Made by a program: the position numbers and the translations under genes. Of a DNA stretch of 64,000 nt, positions 56,691-64,000 are shown piece after piece; the stretch's first letter is position 1; each line of letters begins with the position of its first letter. The stretch lies in NCBI GenBank assembly GCA_041651015.1, contig JBAZKA010000002.1, forward strand, positions 70,163-134,162, given 5' to 3'. Below the pieces are notes generated by a model. The model saw only the letters and a list, made by a program, of their open reading frames with translations. It was not told the origin of the DNA and made no database searches. This stretch comes from Patescibacteria group bacterium (lineage in GTDB: Bacteria > Patescibacteriota > Patescibacteriia > Magasanikbacterales > GWA2-37-8).

Positions 56691-56894
56691 ATGGAACTTG
56701 CCGAATTAAAAGAAAAGAGCGTGGCCGAATTGAACGAGCTTTTGAAAGAGCAATCGGCTTCGCTTCGCGACCATCGTTTTAAAGTGGCTTCCGGTCAGAT
56801 GAAAACATTTAATAAAATTTCTGAAGCCAAAAAAATCGTGGCGAGAATTCAAACGATTTTAACGCAGCGTTCAATCGCGGCCGACACCAAATAA
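56691..56894 (+). CDS. rpmC: 50S ribosomal protein L29
   Basis: Position and VARIQTIL. Confidence 0.92.
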   Translation: MELAELKEKSVAELNELLKEQSASLRDHRFKVASGQMKTFNKISEAKKIVARIQTILTQRSIAADTK

Positions 56895-56907
56895 TAACTA
56901 AAGATTT

Positions 56908-57174
56908 ATGAAATCAGATACTAAAAAAATTGTTGTCGCGAAACGCGAACTGGTGGGCAAGGTGGTTTCCACGGCCATGGCCAAAACAATCGTGGTCAAT
57001 GTGGAACGCCGAAAAGCCCATCCGAAATACAAGAAATTTTATCGCGTGGACAAAAAATATCATGTACACGATGAAAAGAAAATCGCCCAGGTCGGAGATA
57101 CGGTGCGATTTATTGAATGCCGCCCGCTGTCCAAAACAAAGAGATGGCGCGTGGTGGAAATTGTGAAGAAATAA
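56908..57174 (+). CDS. rpsQ: 30S ribosomal protein S17
   Basis: [20 protein letters not shown]. Confidence 0.97.
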   Translation: MKSDTKKIVVAKRELVGKVVSTAMAKTIVVNVERRKAHPKYKKFYRVDKKYHVHDEKKIAQVGDTVRFIECRPLSKTKRWRVVEIVKK

Positions 57175-57184
57175 TGTCAATCCT

Positions 57185-57556
57185 ATGATTCAACATAGAA
57201 CAATGTTAGTATCGGCCGACAATACCGGCGCCAAAAAATTGCAATGCTTGCGCGTGCTTGGAGGTTATCGCAAACGCTATGCTCGCTTGGGCGATTTGGT
57301 TGTTTGTTCGGTAAAAATCGCAGCCCCGCGCGGACTGGTTAAAAAAGGTGAAGTCGTGACCGCGGTTATCGTCCGCCAACACAAAGAAGAACGCCGTAAA
57401 GATGGAACTTATATTCGTTTTGATGAGAATGCGGCCGTGATTATTGACAAAAAAAATAAGGAGCCGAAAGGTTCACGCATTTTTGGACCAATAGCGCGAG
57501 AATTACGCACCAAAGGTTTTCAAAAAATTATTTCTTTAGCTCCGGAAGTTTTGTAA
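57185..57556 (+). CDS. rplN: 50S ribosomal protein L14
   Basis: ADNTGAK, RIFGP, SLAPEVL. Confidence 0.98.
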   Translation: MIQHRTMLVSADNTGAKKLQCLRVLGGYRKRYARLGDLVVCSVKIAAPRGLVKKGEVVTAVIVRQHKEERRKDGTYIRFDENAAVIIDKKNKEPKGSRIFGPIARELRTKGFQKIISLAPEVL

Positions 57557-57562
57557 AATTAT

Positions 57563-57871
57563 ATGAAAATAAAAACAAACGACAACGTAAAAATTATTGC
57601 CGGAAAAGACAAAGGCAAAGAGGGCAAAGTGGTCCAGGTCTTCGCCAAGGAAGGCAAGATTGTGGTGGAAGGCGCGAATATCATGAAAAAACATCTGCGT
57701 CCGAAAAAGCAGGGTGAGAAAGGCCAAGTAATTGAATTAGCAGCTCCGTTTAACGCCTCCAATGCCATGCTTATCTGTGAAAAATGCGGTAAGCCGACCA
57801 GAGTCGGATATAAGGTTGGTGAAAAGTCCAAAAATCGTATTTGCAAAAAATGCAAAGAAGTAATCGCTTAA
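57563..57871 (+). CDS. rplX: 50S ribosomal protein L24
   Basis: IAGKDKGKEGKV; two CxxC. Confidence 0.96.
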   Translation: MKIKTNDNVKIIAGKDKGKEGKVVQVFAKEGKIVVEGANIMKKHLRPKKQGEKGQVIELAAPFNASNAMLICEKCGKPTRVGYKVGEKSKNRICKKCKEVIA

Positions 57872-57879
57872 ATTCCAAT

Positions 57880-58422
57880 ATGACTCCAAATTTGTATAAA
57901 ACTTATAAGAAAGAAGTGGTGCCGGCGCTCATGAAAGAGTGCGGGTTTAAGAATGTGATGCAGGTGCCGAAAATCAAAAAAATCGTGCTCAATGTCGGTG
58001 TCGGCAAATTTCTCAAAGAACCGAACTACATTGAAAACGTGGAAAAGAATTTGGCGAAAATCACCGGACAAAAGCCGGTCCGCACCAAATCCAAAAAAGC
58101 CATTTCCAATTTTAAAATTCGCGAGAACATGGATATCGGCGTGACCGTCACTTTGCGCGGTCCGAAGATGTATTTTTTCTTGGAGAAATTACTGGCCGTC
58201 ACCCTGCCGCGCACCCGCGACTTCCGCGGTATATCGGACAAAGCTTTTGACGCGCAAGGCAATTACAATTTTGGTTTTACCGAGAATGTTGCTTTTCCGG
58301 AAATTAAAGCCGGCGAAGCCGAGAAAAATCACGGTTTGCAAATCGTCATTTCCACGAGCGCGAAAAACAAAGCCGATGGCAGAGCATTGCTCGCGGCGCT
58401 CGGTTTTCCTTTCGTAAAATAA
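57880..58422 (+). CDS. rplE: 50S ribosomal protein L5
   Basis: ITGQKP, VTLRG, LPRTRDFRG. Confidence 0.97.
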   Translation: MTPNLYKTYKKEVVPALMKECGFKNVMQVPKIKKIVLNVGVGKFLKEPNYIENVEKNLAKITGQKPVRTKSKKAISNFKIRENMDIGVTVTLRGPKMYFFLEKLLAVTLPRTRDFRGISDKAFDAQGNYNFGFTENVAFPEIKAGEAEKNHGLQIVISTSAKNKADGRALLAALGFPFVK

Positions 58423-58431
58423 TTATAGATT

Positions 58432-58617
58432 ATGGCTACCCAATCGCAAATTGCTAAATCAAATCGCACACCGAAATTTTCCACCCGCATCGTGAGACGT
58501 TGTTGGAAGTGCGGACGCCAGCATGGTTTCTTCCGCAAATTCGGTTTGTGCAGAATTTGTTTCAGAGAGCTTGCCAACTCGGGCAAAATCCCGGGTGTGC
58601 GCAAGTCCAGCTGGTAA
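58432..58617 (+). CDS. rpsN: 30S ribosomal protein S14, zinc-binding type Z
   Basis: [19 protein letters not shown]. Confidence 0.96.
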   Translation: MATQSQIAKSNRTPKFSTRIVRRCWKCGRQHGFFRKFGLCRICFRELANSGKIPGVRKSSW

Positions 58618-58657
58618 CAATAATCCAAAATATCAAATATATAAGAATTAGAAATTT

Positions 58658-59047
58658 ATGATGACTGATCCCATCGCTGACATGTTAACCAGAATCCGCA
58701 ACGCCTCTAGGGTGCACAAAAAAGAGGTGATTGTGCCTTTTTCCAAAATCAAAAAAACGATTGCGGAAATTTTGGCGCAGAGCGGTTATTTGGAGCGCAT
58801 AGAAGTCACGGCTGACACAAAGCCGGCGCTTATAATCACTCTCAAATATCATGGCCGTACGCCGGCAATTAATTCGCTTGACCGCGTCTCCAAACCGGGT
58901 CATCGCCGATATGTAAAGAGCACCGAGCTCGGCAAAGTGCTGAACGGCATGGGCACGGCGATTTTGTCCACTCCGCGCGGAGTGATGACTGACGCTGACG
59001 CTAAAGCGAACAAAGTCGGCGGCGAATTGTTGTGCGAAGTATTTTAA
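58658..59047 (+). CDS. rpsH: 30S ribosomal protein S8
   Basis: DPIADMLTRIRNA, SKPG, GGE. Confidence 0.98.
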   Translation: MMTDPIADMLTRIRNASRVHKKEVIVPFSKIKKTIAEILAQSGYLERIEVTADTKPALIITLKYHGRTPAINSLDRVSKPGHRRYVKSTELGKVLNGMGTAILSTPRGVMTDADAKANKVGGELLCEVF

Positions 59048-59070
59048 TCCGCTATTAACAAATGAATAAT

Positions 59071-59619
59071 ATGTCTCGTGTCGGAAAAAAAATTCGTGTG
59101 TTGCCAGCGGGTGTTACTGCCGCTGTGTCTGGCGATATGCTTAACGTCAAAGGGCCGAAAGGCGAATTAAGCCTGAAGCTTCATCCGCGCGTCACCGTGG
59201 TGATTAACGGCAATGAAGTATCAGTGACTGTCCCGCGTGAAAACGATGGTAAAGACCGCGCTTTGTGGGGAACATTTTCTTCGCTCATCGGCGGTATGCT
59301 TGAGGGCGTCACCAACGGCTTCAAAAAACAATTGGAAGTTAACGGGGTCGGTTTCAAAGTGGCGATGAAAGGAAATGATTTAGCCTTGGAACTCGGTTTT
59401 TCTCACCCGGTTGAGTTTAAAGCTCCGGCTGGAATTAAATTGTCCGTGGAAAAAAATGTAATCACCGTTGAAGGATTTGATAAACAATTGGTCGGCGAAA
59501 CGGCCGCACAAATTCGCAAATTAAAGAAGCCGGAACCGTACAAAGGCAAAGGCGTCAAATATTTGGAAGAAGTTTTGCGCCACAAAGCCGGCAAGACGGC
59601 TGCCAAGACTGCTGCATAA
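59071..59619 (+). CDS. rplF: 50S ribosomal protein L6
   Basis: MSRVGK, GFSHP, PEPYKGKG. Confidence 0.98.
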   Translation: MSRVGKKIRVLPAGVTAAVSGDMLNVKGPKGELSLKLHPRVTVVINGNEVSVTVPRENDGKDRALWGTFSSLIGGMLEGVTNGFKKQLEVNGVGFKVAMKGNDLALELGFSHPVEFKAPAGIKLSVEKNVITVEGFDKQLVGETAAQIRKLKKPEPYKGKGVKYLEEVLRHKAGKTAAKTAA

Positions 59620-59640
59620 TTACATTTTTAAGCAAATTAT

Positions 59641-60018
59641 ATGAAACGATTGGTTCACCAAACAAAAAATGAACGACGCATAGTGCGACACGCCCGCGTT
59701 CGTTCGCGCGTTTCCGGCACAGCGGAATGTCCGCGTTTGTCTGTGTTTCGCGGTTTGAAACAAATCAAATTGCAGTTGATTGATGACGCAGCCCGCAAAA
59801 CTCTTTGCGCCGCCACTTCTTCTGAGATTAAAACCAAAGAAAAAGTTGAAGGTAAAGCGGCGAAAGTGGCCGAGGCGTATTTGGCCGGTAAATTGCTCGC
59901 CAAAAAAGCCGGTGAAAAAGACATTAAACGGGCGGTGTTTGACCGTGCCGGTTATCGTTATCACGGTCGAGTCGCGGCCGCGGCCGATGGCGCGCGCGAG
60001 GGCGGTATAAAGATTTAA
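59641..60018 (+). CDS. rplR: 50S ribosomal protein L18
   Basis: PRLSVFR, FDRAGYRYHGRV. Confidence 0.97.
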   Translation: MKRLVHQTKNERRIVRHARVRSRVSGTAECPRLSVFRGLKQIKLQLIDDAARKTLCAATSSEIKTKEKVEGKAAKVAEAYLAGKLLAKKAGEKDIKRAVFDRAGYRYHGRVAAAADGAREGGIKI

Positions 60019-60030
60019 TCGTAATTATAT

Positions 60031-60552
60031 ATGAAACCAACGCGAAGAAAAGACGATCGCGGCAGACGCGAAGAAAAAAGTGAATTTGACCAGTTTATTC
60101 TGGACTTGGCCCGCGTCACCCGCGTCACCAAGGGCGGTAAACATTTGAGTTTCCGCGCTTGTGTGATTATCGGTGATCGCGCCGGACGGGTCGGCTTTGG
60201 CGTGGCCAAAGGCAAAGATGTTCAATTGGCCGTGGAAAAATCCAATCGCCAAGCCAAGAAAAACATTATTACCGTTCCCATGGTCAAAGGCACAATTCCG
60301 CACGCGGTTTATTCCAAATTCAAAGCGGCGCAAATTTTATTGAAACCAGCTCCGGTCGGTTCGGGTATTATCGCCGGTGGCGCGGTTCGCGTGGTTTTGG
60401 AATTGGCCGGCGTATCCAATGTCTCGGCCAAAATTTTGAGCCGAACAAAAAATAAAATCGTGCTGGTCAAAGCAACCTTTGAAGCCTTGAAGGGTTTTAA
60501 ACATCTTCACGCTGATGCCAAAAAGGCGGCGCCGATTGAAGAAAAGAAATAA
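60031..60552 (+). CDS. rpsE: 30S ribosomal protein S5
   Basis: RVTRVTKGG, GIIAGG. Confidence 0.97.
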   Translation: MKPTRRKDDRGRREEKSEFDQFILDLARVTRVTKGGKHLSFRACVIIGDRAGRVGFGVAKGKDVQLAVEKSNRQAKKNIITVPMVKGTIPHAVYSKFKAAQILLKPAPVGSGIIAGGAVRVVLELAGVSNVSAKILSRTKNKIVLVKATFEALKGFKHLHADAKKAAPIEEKK

Positions 60553-60582
60553 ATTATTTTATTTCGCTCACTCATATTGTTT

Positions 60583-61023
60583 ATGAAAATTACAGTCCAT
60601 ACAATGAAGCCGGCTCATGGCGCCAAGCACAGTAAAAAGCGTGTTGGCCGAGGTAATGCCTCCGGTCATGGCGCTTATTCCACGCGCGGCGGCAAAGGCC
60701 AAACCGCTCGTTCCGGTGGCAGCCGCGGTTTGAAGACCAAGGCTTTCAAACGCTTGATGCAATCCACGCCCAAATTGCGCGGTTTCAAGAGTTTAAATAT
60801 TAAACCGAGCGAAGTTTATTTGTCCACTTTGGATAAAAAATTTGACAACGGCGCGGTGGTAAATTTGGCGTCCCTCAAAGAAAAAAAGATAATCAATGAT
60901 GACGCGAGAGCGGCCAAGATTATCGTTAACGGTGAATTAACCAAAAAACTGACGGTTGAAGGCGTGAAAATGACCAAGACAGCCAAAGAAATAATTGAAA
61001 AATTAGGCGGCGAAGTGAGGTAG
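60583..61023 (+). CDS. rplO: 50S ribosomal protein L15
   Basis: RVGRG, GGKGQTARSG. Confidence 0.96.
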   Translation: MKITVHTMKPAHGAKHSKKRVGRGNASGHGAYSTRGGKGQTARSGGSRGLKTKAFKRLMQSTPKLRGFKSLNIKPSEVYLSTLDKKFDNGAVVNLASLKEKKIINDDARAAKIIVNGELTKKLTVEGVKMTKTAKEIIEKLGGEVR

Positions 61024-61127
61024 TTTATAAAGTTAAAAAGTTCATAAAGTTTATAAAGTTTTGTTTTGCGGTCTATCTTTATACGCTTTTAACTTTACAA
61101 CTTTATAACTTTACAAACTTTATAACT
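61022..61127. repeat. Inverted arrays of degenerate 8-9-mers (AAAGTT../..AACTTT)
   Basis: AGTTTATAAAGTTAAAAAGTTCATAAAGTTTATAAAGTT ... AACTTTACAACTTTATAACTTTACAAACTTTATAACT. Confidence 0.7.
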
Positions 61128-61134
61128 GAGTTTT

Positions 61135-62412
61135 ATGTGGGAAAAAATTTCAAAGGTTTGGGAGATTAAAGACGTACGCAAAAATATCTTAGTCGTACTC
61201 GGCCTTTTGTTTATTTATCGTCTCATCGCGCACATCCCGATGCCGGGTGTTGATGTTGCCAGTTTGAAGGAATTTATGTCCGGGCAACAGGCCTTTCAGC
61301 TTTTGAATATATTTTCCGGCGGTACAATATCAAATTTTTCGTTGATTTTGCTCGGGGTCGCGCCATATATTACTTCTTCCATTATCTTTCAGCTTTTGGC
61401 TATGATTGTGCCGAAGTTTGAAGAAATGCAAAAAGAAGGCGAGTCCGGCCAAGCCAAGATTAACAATTATACTCGTTGGCTGACTATTCCGCTGGCGCTT
61501 TTACAAGCGTTTAGCATGATTAAATATCTTTCTCAATCTTCCTCCGGTGTGTTTCCTTCAACGATGACCGGCTTGGATGTGGCGATTATGTGTATTAGTA
61601 TCACAGCCGGTACTATGTTTTTGGTTTGGATCGGCGACCGTATTACCGAGTGCAAGGTTGGTAATGGAATCTCATTAATCATATTTGCCGGTATCGTCTC
61701 CTCAATTCCGTCTTCCGTTGCTACAGCGGTGGCCAACTATACTTCAGCGGATTTTTATACTTTCCTCATGTATGGTGTGGTGGCTATCGCCACTGTGGTG
61801 GGCGTGGTGTTTATCAGCGAGGGGCAACGCCAAATTCCGGTTAATTACGCCAAACAAGTTCGCGGTTCCAAAGTGTTTGGCGGCGGTTCTTCCCACTTGC
61901 CGTTGCGTGTCAATATGGCCGGCGTGATCCCGATTATCTTCGCCATTTCTCTGGTGATGGTTCCGCCGATGTTGGCTCAATTTTTCCTCAGCTCAAAATC
62001 AGAATGGTTAAAAAATGCCGCCACGCACACCATCTCTCTATTTAACAACAGTATTTTTTACGGCGTGCTTTATTTCATTTTGGTGTTTGCCTTCACGTAT
62101 TTTTATACGTCGGTAATTTTCCACCCGAATAAAGTAGCTGAGAATTTGCAGAAAAATGGCGGTTTTGTGCCAGGCATCAGACCGGGCAAAGAAACCGAAA
62201 ATTATCTCACCGCCATTGTTGGCCGTATCAATTTGATCGGCGCGACCTTCCTTGGTCTTATCGCCATCTTGCCTTTACTCATCAAAGCCGTGAGCGGCTC
62301 ATCAGTTATTTCTCTCGGCGGCACGTCGCTCCTCATCGTTGTGGCCGTGGCCATTGAATCGGCCAAACAACTGGAAGCCCAGGTGACTATGCATGAATAC
62401 GATCGGGTATAA
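61135..62412 (+). CDS. secY: Preprotein translocase SecY
   Basis: LGVAPYITSSII, GNGISLIIF, PGIRPG, GGTSLLIVV. Confidence 0.98.
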   Translation: MWEKISKVWEIKDVRKNILVVLGLLFIYRLIAHIPMPGVDVASLKEFMSGQQAFQLLNIFSGGTISNFSLILLGVAPYITSSIIFQLLAMIVPKFEEMQKEGESGQAKINNYTRWLTIPLALLQAFSMIKYLSQSSSGVFPSTMTGLDVAIMCISITAGTMFLVWIGDRITECKVGNGISLIIFAGIVSSIPSSVATAVANYTSADFYTFLMYGVVAIATVVGVVFISEGQRQIPVNYAKQVRGSKVFGGGSSHLPLRVNMAGVIPIIFAISLVMVPPMLAQFFLSSKSEWLKNAATHTISLFNNSIFYGVLYFILVFAFTYFYTSVIFHPNKVAENLQKNGGFVPGIRPGKETENYLTAIVGRINLIGATFLGLIAILPLLIKAVSGSSVISLGGTSLLIVVAVAIESAKQLEAQVTMHEYDRV

Positions 62413-62508
62413 ATTGGCTTAAGGGTAATTAGAAAATAGTAATTAAAAAATCCGCCCAAAGTAGGCGGGTTTTTGTATTTGTTGTATAATGCATGCCTTT
62501 TTTACTTT

Positions 62509-63360
62509 TTATTTCATCAATAATAATCCAGCCAATGCAACAAAACTGCCAATAATTTTTCTTGTTAAATCTTCTCGTTCGTTCAAAAATATCGCGGCGG
62601 CAATGAAAATAATAACAATTTTAAATGTTGTGATGGCTGACACCAGGCTTAAATTTCCAACACTAAAAATCAAAATGACCCAGGATAAAGATTGTAAAAA
62701 TTGCAACCCTCCAGTTATAGCGATGTCCTTTTTTGTGTATTCATTTTTATTGTTTGTGGCGAATGTTAAAATTCCAAGAAACGCGCATTGCGACCACCAG
62801 CTAAGCATCGTGCCAGCGGTAAAGCCGGTCGTTTTTTGTAACGCGCGTTCAGCAGTGAGAGAGATACCAAGCATTACTCCAGACAAAACCATTAGCATGA
62901 AATATTTATCAAATTTAAATTTTCCGATTCGGTGTTTTTTTGAAACTATTACCATTCCGACAAGAAGCAGTACGGCTCCAAAAATTTGCAGCGTTGCGAG
63001 TTTTTCGTTCAAAAATATAGTAGCGAGCACAATGGTTATTGGCGTATAGATATTGGTTACCAAAGTGCTGATCCCAGCCTCCACATATTTTTGCGCCGTA
63101 TAGAAGCAGATGAAATAGCCTGCGCCAAAAATACCGCTAACCAAAGTTAATGTAATAAGTATGGATACATCGCCTTGAAGATGAAAAGGCCTAAAAATAG
63201 GCAGAAGCAAACTTAAAACCACGGTAATAAGCGCGACCTGAAAGGCCAGACTTATTTGTCCTGTATTGTTTTTGTTCTTTCTAGTTGCCAACCATCGCCT
63301 TTGAAGCGGCGAGGCGCTGGCAGCCACAAAGTAGAATAAGTAACCTAACAATGCTGTCAT
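62509..63360 (-). CDS. EamA/DMT family transporter
   Basis: About ten TMs with two FLNE repeats. Confidence 0.85.
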   Translation of the reverse strand: MTALLGYLFYFVAASASPLQRRWLATRKNKNNTGQISLAFQVALITVVLSLLLPIFRPFHLQGDVSILITLTLVSGIFGAGYFICFYTAQKYVEAGISTLVTNIYTPITIVLATIFLNEKLATLQIFGAVLLLVGMVIVSKKHRIGKFKFDKYFMLMVLSGVMLGISLTAERALQKTTGFTAGTMLSWWSQCAFLGILTFATNNKNEYTKKDIAITGGLQFLQSLSWVILIFSVGNLSLVSAITTFKIVIIFIAAAIFLNEREDLTRKIIGSFVALAGLLLMK

Positions 63361-63541
63361 TTTAATTAAAAAAATTAATTAAGCTATCCTCTTTTTAGGC
63401 TAAAGATTTGCGCCAATAACTCCACTAATCATAGCAAATTGCCCATCCCGACGCAACCACCCCAAATCTTGCAATTCCCATCAAATTTTGTTATAATAAT
63501 CACGCAAAAAGGGCAAAGACCCTTTATTTAACTTTTTATCA

Positions 63542-64000
63542 ATGAAAAAGATTTTATTTTTTATTGGTCCGCCTGGAAGCGGAAAGGGGACGCAAGCCAA
63601 GAAAATAGCGGCCAAATACAATTATAAGCATGTTTCCACAGGCGACCTGATCCGCGCCATTGCTATTGACGCGAACGCCACGGACGAGGAAAAGCAAATT
63701 CTCAAGGAAGTAAATTTGAACGGCCAACTGGCGCCGGATTGGTTTATTTGCGGTTTAGTTTCTCGAGAGATTGAGCGGTTTGCCAGCGGAAATTCAAACT
63801 ATAAAGGAATTGTTTTTGACGGAGCAGTGCGGACAATAGGGCAAGCTGAAAGATTTTTTCAATTTTTGCAAGACAAGAATTTTTTAAATTCCACTCTCGT
63901 CCTGGCGATTATCATCAGCGACAATGAATCGCGCGACCGTTTGAGCAAGCGCCGTGTTTGCGCCGATTGCCGTGAAATTATTCCCTGGGTCACGGCGACA
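63542..64000 (+). CDS. adk: Adenylate kinase (3' truncated by window)
   Basis: Manual translation FIGPPGSGKGTQA, STGDLIR, RRVCADC lid. Confidence 0.93.
   Translation, partial: MKKILFFIGPPGSGKGTQAKKIAAKYNYKHVSTGDLIRAIAIDANATDEEKQILKEVNLNGQLAPDWFICGLVSREIERFASGNSNYKGIVFDGAVRTIGQAERFFQFLQDKNFLNSTLVLAIIISDNESRDRLSKRRVCADCREIIPWVTAT

Noticed and set aside
61022-61127. CRISPR array
   Set aside because: Units are 8-9 nt and degenerate with no spacers; no cas genes in the window
62446-62475. TCCGCC...GGCGGG after secY as another 15-mer element
   Set aside because: Longer loop with flanking A- and T-runs; better explained as a bidirectional terminator

Overview
Chromosomal window spanning the replication origin of a Patescibacteria (CPR) bacterium. 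Parcubacteria/ABY1-like placement is inferred from the missing rpmD between rpsE and rplO, the SD-less core genes and the typical CPR accessory genes. It contains the 3' end of hppA, then tig, nfo, yidD-rnpA-rpmH, dnaA-oriC-dnaN, cell-wall genes, comM, five tRNAs (tRNA-Phe is split by a 217-nt group I intron), rpsF-ssb-rpsR, epmA, a split str operon, the S10/spc cluster, secY and the start of adk. The most interesting locus is 34.7-38.9 kb. It reads OmpR-type regulator, an unannotated 39-aa Trp-containing peptide with a ComX-like N-terminus, a multi-TM histidine kinase, and an isoprenoid-synthase-fold (ComQ-like) enzyme. This is a candidate prenylated-peptide quorum-sensing system that is not orthologous to Bacillus ComQXPA. 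Other notable signals: miniature elements that duplicate tRNA 3' ends and carry an inverted T-arm copy; a 15-bp TCCGCC-N3-GGCGGA hairpin that replaces a tRNA T-arm copy and sits in-frame in rplV; self-contained orphan genes with strong Shine-Dalgarno sites; and a candidate ~340-nt ncRNA beside a DnaA-box cluster. All calls come from reading the sequence; no database searches were run.
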